The notes under the pieces are model-generated. The model made no database searches. It was not told where the DNA came from and saw nothing but the letters and a program-made list of their open reading frames with translations. 64,000 nucleotides of DNA, from contig SWDG01000006.1 in the NCBI GenBank assembly GCA_005116965.1, forward strand, positions 17,553 through 81,552, read 5' to 3'. Each line of letters starts with the position of its first letter. Position 1 is the first letter of the stretch. This document shows positions 1-10,328 of this stretch, piece by piece. The translations under genes and the position numbers were made by a program. Origin of the DNA: Nitrospira sp. Its GTDB lineage: Bacteria > Nitrospirota > Nitrospiria > Nitrospirales > Nitrospiraceae.

Positions 1-108
1 GAGACCTATCTGCATCGCATGTATGCAGAGGCGCGGTACTGTGTCATTCATAGTGTCGAAGCCCTTCCAACCAAGTTGCCGCTCATTTACAGGCAATTGA
101 CAGCCTAA
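1..108 (+). CDS. C-terminal fragment of a NorD/CbbO-type VWA-domain protein (runs off the window start)
   Basis: Frame 1 translates ETYLHRMYAEARYCVIHSVEALPTKLPLIYRQLTA*, resembling the typical NorD/CbbO C-terminus (YL..MY...Y.VI..V..LP..LP.IYR.LT). Confidence 0.6.
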   Translation, partial: ETYLHRMYAEARYCVIHSVEALPTKLPLIYRQLTA

Positions 109-121
109 CTCCATCAAGCGT

Positions 122-526
122 ATGACCAACTCGACAGGAAAGCCGACGGTTCCCCCCTGGTTGTATAAGCTCTTCACGGGGCATCAGTATCCCTATGTCC
201 GTCGCTTAGCCAAGTTTGGACAGGTGGTAAAGCCCGGCGAAGATCGTGCGGAGCCGACGAAGGAGATGATCGAAACCAAGTTCTGGGACGTCTATCCTCG
301 TTGCCGGGTGAAAGTGCTGCAGGAAGTCAAAGAAGGGATGATCGTGGTCTTTCATGACTTGGCTGAGTATCCTCCGGGTGGCTTTCAGGCACTGGTCGAC
401 AATCCGGAAGAGTTTCTGGCAACAACATTCGGCAAGAAGAAGATCAAGGTCAATTTCTATGACGAAGATAATTTCATCTGCACGATCAACTTTAAAGTTG
501 CGGGCTGGACGGAGCATGGACATTAG
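122..526 (+). CDS. Hypothetical protein (134 aa)
   Basis: Clean ORF with protein-like composition, co-oriented with its neighbours; no motif recognised. Confidence 0.7.
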   Translation: MTNSTGKPTVPPWLYKLFTGHQYPYVRRLAKFGQVVKPGEDRAEPTKEMIETKFWDVYPRCRVKVLQEVKEGMIVVFHDLAEYPPGGFQALVDNPEEFLATTFGKKKIKVNFYDEDNFICTINFKVAGWTEHGH

Positions 527-606
527 AGACTAGGACTGAGGACGACGTGCTGAGGGCTGAGACGCCGAACTCAAACGGCTTCGTCCTCGGCCCTCAGTCC
601 TCGATA
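527..606. repeat. Heptamer-based inverted repeat (GACTGAG / CTCAGTC type)
   Basis: CTGAGGGCTGAG (550-561) pairs with CTCGGCCCTCAG (586-597); degenerate 7-nt units on both arms. Confidence 0.6.
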
Positions 607-620
607 CTTGATGTGAGGTT

Positions 621-1562
621 ATGATGGAACGGACGAAAGTAACGGTAGTCGGTGCGGGGAACGTCGGGGGGACGACGGCGCAGCGGTTGGCTGAGAAGAA
701 TCTCTACGACGTGGTCTTGGTCGATATTGCCCAAGGGGTTCCACAGGGCAAGGCGCTCGATATTTCACAGGCGGGGCCAGTCTGTGGGTACAGCACGCAG
801 GTGCTCGGCACCAATGCGTATACGGAAACCGCGGGATCATCGATCGCCGTGATCACGTCCGGCATGCCGAGAAAGCCGGGCATGAGTCGTGACGAGTTGT
901 TGGCGACGAATGCGAAAATCGTCAAATCTGTCGTCTCGGAATTAGTCTCCCGCTCTCCGGACATTATCCTGATCCTTGTGACCAACCCCTTGGACGCCAT
1001 GGTCCATGTGGCGCGTTCCGTCAGTGGTTTGCCGAAATCGAGAATCATCGGCATGGCGGGTGTGTTGGACTCGGCAAGAATGCGGACCTTTATTGCCGCC
1101 GAACTCAACGTACCAGCCACGGAGGTACAGGCCATGGTGTTGGGCGGTCACGGTGATACGATGGTGCCGCTGCCGCGCTATACCACTGTGAGGGGCAGGC
1201 CTGTGTCGGAACTGATGTCGAAAGAGAAACTCGACGCCATCGTCAAACGAACACGAGATGGTGGAGCTGAAATCGTCGGTCTCTTGAAAACGGGCAGTGC
1301 TTTCTATGCTCCATCCGCTTCGGCGGTGGCGATGGTTGAATCGATCCATAAGGACGAGAAGCAGGTGATGCCTTGCGCAGTCTTGTGTGATGGGGAGTAC
1401 GGACTGAAGGACGTCGTTGTCGGCGTGCCAGTGAAGATCGGCCGGGGCGGGGCCGAGCAGATTCTGGAATATGAACTGACGAGTGATGAGCGGGCGGCGT
1501 TGGACACGTCGGCCAACGCGGTGCGGGACCTCTGTCGTACCGTGGATCGGCTGATGGCCTAA
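621..1562 (+). CDS. mdh: Malate dehydrogenase (LDH-like type)
   Basis: GAGNVG Rossmann motif, [37 protein letters not shown]. Confidence 0.97.
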   Translation: MMERTKVTVVGAGNVGGTTAQRLAEKNLYDVVLVDIAQGVPQGKALDISQAGPVCGYSTQVLGTNAYTETAGSSIAVITSGMPRKPGMSRDELLATNAKIVKSVVSELVSRSPDIILILVTNPLDAMVHVARSVSGLPKSRIIGMAGVLDSARMRTFIAAELNVPATEVQAMVLGGHGDTMVPLPRYTTVRGRPVSELMSKEKLDAIVKRTRDGGAEIVGLLKTGSAFYAPSASAVAMVESIHKDEKQVMPCAVLCDGEYGLKDVVVGVPVKIGRGGAEQILEYELTSDERAALDTSANAVRDLCRTVDRLMA

Positions 1563-1702
1563 GGAATCTCCCCCACCATCATCTCACGTGCCTCAGGGCG
1601 GCCAGCGTCGCGCCGACGAAGGTCATTCGTGCGCTTGACATTCGAAGAAACACTACAGTACAGACAATGGGTTAGACAGTTAACCGTTCGGAGGAGAGAG
1701 CA

Positions 1703-2290
1703 ATGAAATTTCTTGAAGATCCGATGCAGACGATGGGGGTGGGATTTGTGCTCACCATCGTGTTGGTAGGGATATATTTGGGGTTAACCGGTATTGGTGC
1801 GGGTGAAGCCGAGTGGGCCTCCCTGGTCCTTCGCTGGGTGCACTTCCTGGCCGGGATCACCTGGATCGGGCTCTTGTATTTCTTCAACTTGATCAATGCC
1901 TCGTTCTTGAAAAGCCTGGATGGGCCGACCAAGAATGTCGTGATTCCAAAACTGATGCCGGCTGCACTCAATTGGTTCCGACATGGAGCCACTGTCACTG
2001 TGGTGGCAGGGGTGTTGTTGTATGGCCACATGTATCATAAAGGCGGAACAGGAGCGGTGGCCTTGGCGATTGGTGGGTTGCTCGGTATCATCATGATGGG
2101 CAATGTCCACGGCATTATCTGGCCGAACCAAAAGAAGATCATTGCCGCCGTCACCGCAGCCGCACAGGGCACTCCGGCGCCACCTGAGATGGCGCAATGG
2201 GGACGGACCGCCTTGTTGGCCTCTCGCGTGAACTTCATGCTCTCGATTCCCATGCTGTTTTTCATGGGAGCCGGCAGCCATTTCAGATAG
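1703..2290 (+). CDS. Membrane protein of the PuuD / urate oxidase N-terminal family
   Basis: RWVHFLAGITWIGLLYFFN, WFRH, NV..IIWPNQKK, ASRVNFMLSIPMLFFM motifs; several transmembrane helices; RBS GGAGGAG. Confidence 0.8.
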   Translation: MKFLEDPMQTMGVGFVLTIVLVGIYLGLTGIGAGEAEWASLVLRWVHFLAGITWIGLLYFFNLINASFLKSLDGPTKNVVIPKLMPAALNWFRHGATVTVVAGVLLYGHMYHKGGTGAVALAIGGLLGIIMMGNVHGIIWPNQKKIIAAVTAAAQGTPAPPEMAQWGRTALLASRVNFMLSIPMLFFMGAGSHFR

Positions 2291-2305
2291 AACTCATACT
2301 TTTCT

Positions 2306-2339
2306 TTGGCCGGTGGGGTTGACCTACCGGCCAAGTTTT
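2306..2339 (+). terminator. Intrinsic terminator
   Basis: TTGGCCGGTGGG / CCTACCGGCCAA stem followed by GTTTT, just after the stop at 2290. Confidence 0.7.
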
Positions 2340-2438
2340 ATCTCCCGACCTTATTTCTTCTGCCCCTCTATACCCAGCATCAGAGTAGGTCCCCTAGTCC
2401 TAACTGCTTGAGATTCAGGCCTATTTAGCCTCGTCGCC

Positions 2439-2468
2439 TTGACGGATGAAGAGATGGAGCCGTATAGT
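2439..2468 (+). promoter_or_regulatory. Putative sigma70 promoter of the nuoF-like gene
   Basis: TTGACG-N18-TATAGT; supports a start at 2506 rather than 2446. Confidence 0.5.
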
Positions 2469-2505
2469 ACGGCTTGAACTTTGGGAAGTCACTGACGGGA
2501 CCGTT

Positions 2506-3810
2506 ATGCCTACTGCTGCAGAACCACGCCTTGTCCAACAGATGGAGGGTGCTCCTTGGGAGATTGAGGGGTACCTCAAAGTCGGTGGCTATGAAGCCTG
2601 GAAGCGTTGTGTGAAAGAGTCGAAGGCGACTCAAGTGATTGACGAGCTGAAGAAGTCCGGCCTGCGAGGGCGTGGTGGAGCAGGGTTTCCGACAGGAATT
2701 AAATGGGACAAGGTTCTGAACCATCGAGTCCCTGAACGCTATTTCGTGTGTAATGCTGGGGAGCACGAGCCGGGTACGTTCAAAGATCGCCACTTATTGA
2801 AAACGTTGCCGCATCAGTTGATCGAAGGCTGTCTAATCGCATCCCGCACGGTCAATGCGAAGGCGTCCTTCATCTATATCAATCATGAATATCACGAAGA
2901 ACAGCAGAATCTGAAGAAGGCCATCGCCCAAGCACGAGAGCGTGGGTTTATCGGGAAGAATGTGCTTGGCAGCGGGATCGACATTGAGCTGGAGATTTTT
3001 GACGGCCATGGCAGCTATGTGGCCGGTGAAGAGACGGCTATGCTTGAGTCGATGCAAGGCCGTCCGGCGATGCCGCGACAGAAGCCGCCGTTCTATCCGA
3101 CGGACTTCGGCCTCTATGGCAAACCGACGCTTGTCAACAACGTGGAGACGCTGTGCAACATTCCACGGATTCTCTATAAAGGCTCCTCATGGTTCACGCA
3201 GGTGGGGACGGAGAAGTGTCCGGGGACAATGATGTTTTCGTTGAGTGGGGCGGTCAATCGTCCTGGCGTGTATGAAATGCCCATGGGTGTGACAATCCGC
3301 GAGGTGATTGAGCAATGTGGCGGCGGAGTGCCGAATGGTCGCAAGATCAAGGCTGTCTTTCCCGGTGGTCCAGCCTTCCCTATGGTGACGGCGGATCAGC
3401 TTGATCTCATGATGGACTTCGATTCGCTGAAAAAAGCTGGCACGGGGTTAGGCTCAGCCGGGATGATCGTCGTAGACGAAGCGACCTGCATGGTGGCAAA
3501 AACGCTGCACTTTTCAAATTTTTTCAAGAACGAGAGTTGCGGGCAATGTCCTCCTTGTCGAATGGGGACGATGAACCTTGCCGCACTGATGACGAAAATC
3601 GAAGAAGGCAACGGCACACAGAAAGATCTCGAGAGCATGCTGCAGCTCTGCGGATTTGTCAAAGGGACCGGATACTGTACCCTCGTGACTGGCGCATCGG
3701 TCTTGGTGCAGAGCAGTCTCAAGTTATTTCGTCACGAATATGAAGAGCATATTCGGCTGCAGCGGTGTCCCTCACAGGAAGCACAAGCCGGGATGATTGC
3801 GCATTCCTAG
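2506..3810 (+). CDS. nuoF: NuoF-like FMN/[4Fe-4S] NADH dehydrogenase subunit (orphan)
   Basis: GLRGRGGAGFPTG, NAGEHEPGTFKDR, YVAGEETA, NNVETL, ESCGQCPPCR...C cluster motif. Confidence 0.9.
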   Translation: MPTAAEPRLVQQMEGAPWEIEGYLKVGGYEAWKRCVKESKATQVIDELKKSGLRGRGGAGFPTGIKWDKVLNHRVPERYFVCNAGEHEPGTFKDRHLLKTLPHQLIEGCLIASRTVNAKASFIYINHEYHEEQQNLKKAIAQARERGFIGKNVLGSGIDIELEIFDGHGSYVAGEETAMLESMQGRPAMPRQKPPFYPTDFGLYGKPTLVNNVETLCNIPRILYKGSSWFTQVGTEKCPGTMMFSLSGAVNRPGVYEMPMGVTIREVIEQCGGGVPNGRKIKAVFPGGPAFPMVTADQLDLMMDFDSLKKAGTGLGSAGMIVVDEATCMVAKTLHFSNFFKNESCGQCPPCRMGTMNLAALMTKIEEGNGTQKDLESMLQLCGFVKGTGYCTLVTGASVLVQSSLKLFRHEYEEHIRLQRCPSQEAQAGMIAHS

Positions 3811-3818
3811 GAGGGATC

Positions 3819-4154
3819 ATGCCGCGGGTGACGTTTCTTCATTCCGATGGGCGAAGTGGAGAGGTGGAAGAGAACATTTCGCTTCTCCAGGCCGCGAAAG
3901 AAGTGGGATTTCGATTGAGCTACGACTGTGGAGGAAATGCTTCCTGCACAACCTGCCGAGTGGAGGTCCAGATGGGGCAGGAGCATCTCTCGGAGATCGA
4001 TTTCGATGAGCAAGACCTACTGGATCGGGAAGCGTTGACGCAGCCATGGCATCGCCTGGCGTGCCAAGCACGTGTCCTGGGGGATGTTGTGGTGCGCGTG
4101 CCGGAAGCCAAATGGGAGAATCCAAGAACAGCCACGTCTGAAGCATGGGGTTGA
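3819..4154 (+). CDS. [2Fe-2S] ferredoxin (adrenodoxin/Fdx type)
   Basis: CGGNASCTTC...RLACQ; RBS GGAGGG before ATG 3819. Confidence 0.92.
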   Translation: MPRVTFLHSDGRSGEVEENISLLQAAKEVGFRLSYDCGGNASCTTCRVEVQMGQEHLSEIDFDEQDLLDREALTQPWHRLACQARVLGDVVVRVPEAKWENPRTATSEAWG

Positions 4155-4230
4155 TATTCGAGCAAGAGGTGTTAGACTATCACACTAGCTCACGGTCGTG
4201 AGCTAGAACGATCCATAGAGGAGGAAGCCA

Positions 4231-4551
4231 ATGGTTACGATTACACAGGTTGCGGAACAGAAGATACGGGAGCTGATGGCTGAGGAGAAGGATGTAGTTG
4301 GACTGCGGGTGTATGTCCGTGGTGGTGGGTGCAATGGCTACCAGTACGGCATGGCCTTCGAGTCCAAAATGGCCGAGGATGACACCGTCATCGAGAAGGG
4401 TGATGTAAAGGTCATCATGGATTCTCAGAGCGCACCGTTGCTTCAAGGTGCGGAAGTGGACTACGTGGACAGCGTGCAGGGTTCTGGCTTTTCGATCAAG
4501 AATCCTCAGGCCAAAACGACGTGCGGATGCGGCAGCTCGTTTAGCGCATAA
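4231..4551 (+). CDS. erpA: A-type Fe-S carrier (ErpA/IscA, HesB family)
   Basis: GGGCNG and TCGCGSSF motifs; RBS GAGGAGG. Confidence 0.92.
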   Translation: MVTITQVAEQKIRELMAEEKDVVGLRVYVRGGGCNGYQYGMAFESKMAEDDTVIEKGDVKVIMDSQSAPLLQGAEVDYVDSVQGSGFSIKNPQAKTTCGCGSSFSA

Positions 4552-4597
4552 GAGTCGTCGCGGAGTCCCCGTTAGAATGCGAACAATGGATCTGTAG

Positions 4598-4637
4598 GCA
4601 AGGACCGCTCGTACCCCGAGCGGTCCTTGCTATTTAT
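4598..4637 (+). terminator. Terminator-like hairpin
   Basis: Perfect 14-bp stem GCAAGGACCGCTCG / CGAGCGGTCCTTGC followed by TATTTAT. Confidence 0.65.
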
Positions 4638-4663
4638 ACCTTCCACAAGAGATACGCGATCAA

Positions 4664-5068
4664 ATGTCGCAGGTACACGTGACGAGGCGCTATCGATTTT
4701 GCGCCGCCCACCGGCTGAACACGGATCTCCTTTCTCCTGAAGAGAATTGGGCTGTGTTCGGAAAATGTAACAATCCAAACGGTCACGGGCATAACTATGT
4801 TGCGCTGGTTACGGTCAAGAGCGGGATGCTACTGGGAGCGTCCGACCTTGACCGTCTCGACCAGGTGGTCAACGAGAGAATCGTCGAGCGCTTCGATCAT
4901 CGTGACCTGAATGGCGATCCGGCCTTCACGGCCTTGACGACGACGGGGGAGAACCTCGTCAAAGTGATCTGGGACATCTTGGAGCTAGGTCTGCCCGCCG
5001 GCAGTCTACAAAAAGTCGGGGTCATCGAGACGAGAGACAACTATTTCGAATATGCGGGCGCCCAGTGA
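4664..5068 (+). CDS. queD: 6-pyruvoyl/6-carboxy-tetrahydropterin synthase
   Basis: FCAAHRL, GKCNNPNGHGHNY, FDHRDLN, TTGEN, ET motifs. Confidence 0.88.
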   Translation: MSQVHVTRRYRFCAAHRLNTDLLSPEENWAVFGKCNNPNGHGHNYVALVTVKSGMLLGASDLDRLDQVVNERIVERFDHRDLNGDPAFTALTTTGENLVKVIWDILELGLPAGSLQKVGVIETRDNYFEYAGAQ

Positions 5069-5084
5069 ACGATAGGGGGACTCC

Positions 5085-5732
5085 GTGAGCAAGCAGCAGA
5101 AGAGAGAGAAACGACGGATACCATTGGAAGACGCAAGTGGAAGTGGAAAGCCCGCTGATCTGCCAGTTCTTCAATCGCTGGTCACTGAAATGCTTCTCGC
5201 CCTGGGGGAAAGACCGGGTCGCAACGGTTTGCTGAAAACGCCTGAGCGCGTGGCCAAAGCACTGGCGTTTATGACGCAGGGCTATCAGCATGACATCGAC
5301 CATCTGTTGAACGGTGCGCTCTTTCCGATCGAATACGACGAGATGGTCATCGTCAAGGACATCGATTTCTTCAGTATGTGCGAGCATCACTTACTGCCAT
5401 TTTTTGGGAGGGTCCATGTCGGGTACCTGCCCAATAAGAAAGTCGTCGGTTTGAGCAAGATTCCACGGATTGTGGATACCTTCGCGAGGCGTCTGCAAGT
5501 TCAAGAACGGCTGACCGTGCAGATCGCAGAAACCATCAGCACCAAGTTAAACGCTCATGGAGTTGGAGTCGTTGTCGAAGCACGGCACCTCTGTATGATG
5601 ATGCGCGGGGTGGAAAAACAAAACACGCTTGCCGTTACCAGCTCCATGTTAGGAGTATTCCGCAGTCAAGCACAGACTCGCGTGGAATTTCTGAAATTGA
5701 TTCGCCGCGGCAGCGTCGGTGATCCGGACTGA
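5085..5732 (+). CDS. folE: GTP cyclohydrolase I
   Basis: [39 protein letters not shown]. Confidence 0.97.
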   Translation: MSKQQKREKRRIPLEDASGSGKPADLPVLQSLVTEMLLALGERPGRNGLLKTPERVAKALAFMTQGYQHDIDHLLNGALFPIEYDEMVIVKDIDFFSMCEHHLLPFFGRVHVGYLPNKKVVGLSKIPRIVDTFARRLQVQERLTVQIAETISTKLNAHGVGVVVEARHLCMMMRGVEKQNTLAVTSSMLGVFRSQAQTRVEFLKLIRRGSVGDPD

Positions 5733-5766
5733 TCTCAGGATACATACCCCTCATCGTCGAGCGCAG

Positions 5767-6593
5767 TTATCTCGTCTCATTCCCAATAAACTCGCGTACA
5801 GTATTGTTGAAGGCGTCTGGCTTTTCCAGGTTCGAAAGATGGGCGGCGGCTGGAATGATGGCCAAGCGGGCATTGGGAATCCGATCTGCCATGAGTGTGG
5901 CGTCGGAAGGTGGGGTGGGAAGGTCCAGTTCACCGACGATGATCTGGGTGGGACACGTGATGTGCTTCAAGAGTGTGACGGAATCAGGCCGTTCAGCCAT
6001 TGCCATCAAGTCTCCCGCGATGCCGCCGATCTGATTACCCTCGATCATTGCACGTACGTGTCGGACGAGTCCCGGATTCGTCTGGACTGTTGCGGGCTCA
6101 GTAATTTGGGGATCATGATGTCGGCAATGGCCGATGGTCCTTTCTGGTAGGCCGTCTGCGCCATCTGAAACCGCGCTTCTTTCCCTTCTGCCGTATCAGC
6201 CTGCGCTCTTGTGTCAGCCAGTACCAAGCCTTTTACGCGATCCGCATACTTTCGATAGAGAGCAAATAGGATGTAGCCGCCCATGGACAGTCCCACGAAA
6301 ACCGCCTGCCGGATCGAGAGGTGATCAAGCAACCCGATCACATCATCGGCGGCTTGGTCCAGGGTATACCGCCAGAGCGGCGCGTCGGATTCTCGATGCT
6401 CGCGCAAGTCAATCGTCACGACTCGAAACTGTGACGACAACGCTTTCTCCTGCTCTGCCCACATGGTGCGGTTGAGCGGAAAGGCGTGGAGAAAGAAGAT
6501 GGGAAGGCCAGAGCCCTGGTCGTTATAGGCAAGGGTGATACCATTGACCTGGGTGTGCACGGTGCGCTCCGTAAGTTGTGGTGTTCGTACCAT
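5767..6593 (-). pseudogene. Frameshifted alpha/beta hydrolase (PcaD-like)
   Basis: N-part has LHAFP and GLSMGG; C-part has IVGELD and AAHLSNLE. Adding one base near 6093-6096 restores ...LLSPATVQTNPGLVRHVRAMIEG... The usual DLRGHG motif reads DLREHR. Confidence 0.8.
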
Positions 6594-6674
6594 CGGCTGC
6601 CCGCAGGGTCAAGAGGCCATTTGCGATCATCCGGCACGGCGTATACAATTCCTGCTCTTTGACGGAGGAGGAAG

Positions 6675-7967
6675 ATGACTCGTTCTCGTGATCCGGCTCC
6701 TGATTTGTTCACGTCTCCAGATCGTGATGACACGGTCGAGGCTCCGCTCGCTGAGCGGATGCGGCCACGTGTATTTGCGGATTTCGTGGGGCAAGACGAC
6801 ATCACGGCACCGGATCGGGCGCTTCGGCGGGCCATCGAGGCAGACCAGCTCTCGTCCGTAATCTTCTGGGGGCCGCCCGGTTCGGGGAAGACAACGCTGG
6901 CCCATCTGATTGCCCGGCATACGAAGGCGCAGTTTATTCCGTTTTCGGCTGTGACCAGCGGCGTGCCTGAGCTACGCACGATCATTAAGGCCGCTGACCA
7001 ACGCCGAGCGATCAATGGGCAGCGGACCATCTTATTCGTTGATGAAATCCACCGCTTCAACAAGGCACAGCAAGACGCGTTTCTTCCGCATGTCGAGCGA
7101 GGCACCATCATTCTTGTCGGCGCGACCACGGAGAATCCCTCCTTCGAAGTTATCAGCCCACTCTTGTCCCGTTCGCTGGTCGTCGTGCTCAAACCGCTTA
7201 CCGAGGACGCGTTAGGTCAGATTCTTGATCGCGCGCTTGCCGATGTCGAACTCGGGCTGGGGAAATGGGAAACGCGCTTCTTACCGGAGGCACGCCAACG
7301 AATGATTTCGTTTGGCAATGGCGATGCGAGGGCGCTGCTCACATCGTTGGAATTTGTGGTGACGCAAGCGCCGGCAGGATCCGATGGCGCGCGCGTGATT
7401 GATGAAGCGATATTGGGAGCGGCACTGGGCACGAAGGCCCTGCGCTACGATAAGTCAGGCGAAGAACACTACAACGTCATTTCGGCCTACATTAAAAGCC
7501 TGCGAGATTCCGATCCAAATGGGGCGCTGTACTGGCTGGCCAGGATGCTGGATGCCGGCGAAGATCCGAAATTCATCGCTCGACGTATGGTGATCTTTGC
7601 CTCGGAGGATATCGGTAATGCTGATCCCCTCGCCCTTCTCGTTGCCACATCGGTGGCACAAGCTGTCCAGTTCGTAGGGCTCCCCGAGGCGCAGATCAAC
7701 CTGGCACAAGGCACCACCTACTTGGCTTCACGGCCCAAAGACAATGCGTCCTACGTCGGTCTTTTGGAAGCGCTAAAAGACGCGAAAGCCTATGGCAATT
7801 TGGGGGTCCCGGTCCATCTCCGGAACGCCGTGACCTCACTGATGAGGGACCTAGGCTATGGAACCAACTACCGCTATGTCCACGACGATCCGTCAGCACG
7901 AACGGAACAAACCCACCTCCCACTACCACTTCAAGGTCGACTGTACTACCGCCCAAAGCCTCTGTAA
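6675..7967 (+). CDS. rarA: Replication-associated recombination protein A (MgsA/RarA)
   Basis: PLAERMRP, WGPPGSGKTT, DEIHRFNKAQQD, GATTENPSF, ASEDIGNADP. Confidence 0.96.
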   Translation: MTRSRDPAPDLFTSPDRDDTVEAPLAERMRPRVFADFVGQDDITAPDRALRRAIEADQLSSVIFWGPPGSGKTTLAHLIARHTKAQFIPFSAVTSGVPELRTIIKAADQRRAINGQRTILFVDEIHRFNKAQQDAFLPHVERGTIILVGATTENPSFEVISPLLSRSLVVVLKPLTEDALGQILDRALADVELGLGKWETRFLPEARQRMISFGNGDARALLTSLEFVVTQAPAGSDGARVIDEAILGAALGTKALRYDKSGEEHYNVISAYIKSLRDSDPNGALYWLARMLDAGEDPKFIARRMVIFASEDIGNADPLALLVATSVAQAVQFVGLPEAQINLAQGTTYLASRPKDNASYVGLLEALKDAKAYGNLGVPVHLRNAVTSLMRDLGYGTNYRYVHDDPSARTEQTHLPLPLQGRLYYRPKPL

Positions 7968-8021
7968 TAGGGCCGATTGTCCCGGTTTACATTCTTTTCT
8001 AATCGGTTATACTTAGAGTAT

Positions 8022-8414
8022 ATGAAGCGAGGGGAAGAAAAACCATCGGCCAGCGTGGTGGCACTGAGTGAGCGGAGGAAATTTGTTCGGGCCACTCTGG
8101 TCGGCTCCGCCTTGATGTCGCCGAAGAGCGGCGGGCGCGCCTGTACCGCAGTCCTGGATAATGTGAACAAGCTCGGGGCCGGACTTCACACCAAAGATCG
8201 CTTTCCATCTAATGAGAAGGTCACGGTCTCGCTTGCCTTTCTCGATTCCGATCGAGTTGAGCAACAGGAAAAACTCGATGGGACTGTCGCCTGGGTCAGG
8301 CCCTGGGAAAAGAAAGGATTCTTGATCGGCGTTGTCTGGGATGAATTGGTGACGAAAGAGAAGAACCGCTGGTTGTACTACTATCTAGAAGAAACCCTCA
8401 AAGCCTCTGTCTAA
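8022..8414 (+). CDS. PilZ-domain protein
   Basis: ERRKFVR (RxxxR), a degenerate D/NxSxxG (NVNKLG) and G.V.WVR. Confidence 0.7.
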   Translation: MKRGEEKPSASVVALSERRKFVRATLVGSALMSPKSGGRACTAVLDNVNKLGAGLHTKDRFPSNEKVTVSLAFLDSDRVEQQEKLDGTVAWVRPWEKKGFLIGVVWDELVTKEKNRWLYYYLEETLKASV

Positions 8415-8461
8415 AACACTCTCTGAGTACCGCACATACGAACTCAAAATGGATTACAGAA

Positions 8462-8874
8462 CTAGCCCAACGAGACTAGCTGTTGTTTGACGTTTTCTAA
8501 TTCAGCCGACAGTGATTCCCACCGAGCAGTTAGTCGCTCAAGATCGCGTTTCCAATCCCTCTGCTCGTGCTGCAGAAGGTTCCACCTATCGAACTGTTCG
8601 TAGAGCTTCGGATCAGCCAATTCTGCCTCGCGGGTTCTGATCTTCTCTTCGGCCTCACTAATCTCGGTTTCGGCGCGTGATACCTGTTTCTCCAATCGCG
8701 CCTGGGTCTTAGTGAGATCACGGCGCTCCCCACCGCGCCCTTTTGGCAGTACTTGCTGTTCCATTGCCCGAGTAGGGCCTGAAGAGGAGCGGGGCGATGC
8801 TCGTTCGAGCTCGTCACTCGTTTCTTTAATCGACTCAAACTCTTGGGTCTTCTTCCACAAATAATACTCGTAGT
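8462..8874 (-). pseudogene. C-terminal fragment of an ABC-F (Uup/YheS-like) ATPase
   Basis: (N/D)YEYYLWKK followed by the coiled-coil tail ...LADPKLY...RWESLS; both ATPase domains absent; begins abruptly at 8874. Confidence 0.72.
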
Positions 8875-9867
8875 AAAGCAATCGACCGCGCATCGGAACA
8901 GTCCAAAGGGTCACGGAAAATCGGCACGACCGGACGTGGAATTGGACCCTCGTATGCCGACAAGATGGCGCGGATCGGAATTCTCATGGGGGATCTGCTG
9001 AACCCACCATTGTTCAAGAAAAAACTCGAAGAAAATCTTATCGAGATGAACTGGTTCTTAGAGCGACTCTACAAAGTTGAGACATTTCAGGTCGACAAAG
9101 TCTTCGACCAATATATGGCGTATGCCGATCGACTCAGGAGTTATATCGTCGATACAACCACGTTGCTCAATCGCGCGATTGGGAAGAACAAGACTGTCTT
9201 GTTTGAAGGGGCGCAAGGTACGCATCTGGATGTGGATTTCGGCACCTATCCTTACGTGACTTCGTCCAGTTCAGCGGCAGGTGGCGCTTGTACGGGAACT
9301 GGCGTGGGTCCCACGATGATCGATGCGGTTCTGGGCATTGCGAAGGCCTATACCACCAGGGTGGGCAGTGGCCCCTTTCCAACTGAGCTGACCGACGAGG
9401 TCGGACAGGGGTTACAAGAACGTGGAAAGGAGTTCGGTTCGACTACCGGGCGTGCCAGAAGATGTGGCTGGTTCGATGCTGTCGTCGTCCGCCATGCGAC
9501 ACAAGTCAACGGATTATCCTCCCTGGCCGTGACCAAGCTCGATGTGCTCGACGGCTGCAAGGAGTTGAAACTTTGTACCGGCTACAGGTATGGGAACACC
9601 ATTCATAAAGACATGCCGGCCGATCTGGACGTGTTGACCGGTTGCGAGCCGGTCTATCAACGGATGAAAGGGTGGACCGCTGCGACGACAGGGATGACCA
9701 GCTATAAGCGGCTCCCGGTCGAAGCGAAACGATACCTTGCCCGCATCGAAGAGTTGGCACAGTGCCGAATCGACATGATTTCGACCGGATCCAAGCGTGC
9801 CGAAACGATCATGCTCCGCAATCCGTTGGATTGTTCTCGACGGCGTTCTCGGTTGACCGGCCACTGA
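8875..9867 (+). pseudogene. purA: Adenylosuccinate synthetase lacking its N-terminal part
   Basis: In frame from 8875: KAIDRASE..KIGTTGRGIGPSYADK, FEGAQG, GTYPYVTSS, TTGRARRCGWFD, TKLDVL. The GDEGKGK P-loop region is missing. Confidence 0.88.
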
Positions 9868-10328
9868 CGAGTGGGCGATCTCAATCATTTCTTGTTGCCC
9901 TCCAGACTGCTTGCGCTCTCACTCAACGTGCAACGAGATGCGACCAACACATGAGCGCCGAAGAGCATGCGACTCTGAGCCTGAGCTTGGCTCACTGCCA
10001 TTCACTGCGGACCATGGTGTCTGTGGTGAGACATGTCCAGCACCGGGAGCCACGAATTAGGCAGTAGCCCCCCTGTCGCGCCTGTACTGCACAGACGCAG
10101 GTCACTGCCTGAACCCGTCAGTCTCTGCGATCGCGGAAACTTACGGACTCTTGGCTGTGGCAATCTATCCAGACCTCAGCTGACTGAGGGCTGCTTACCT
10201 GAAGAGATTACCGGACGGCTCCGCTGCGCGGATCCTGACGACATGCGCAAACACCTCTCGTAAGAAAGCATTGTGGTAGGCTCCTTCAGAGAATCGCGTC
10301 ACTCTGGATAACACCTGCGAGACCTTAC

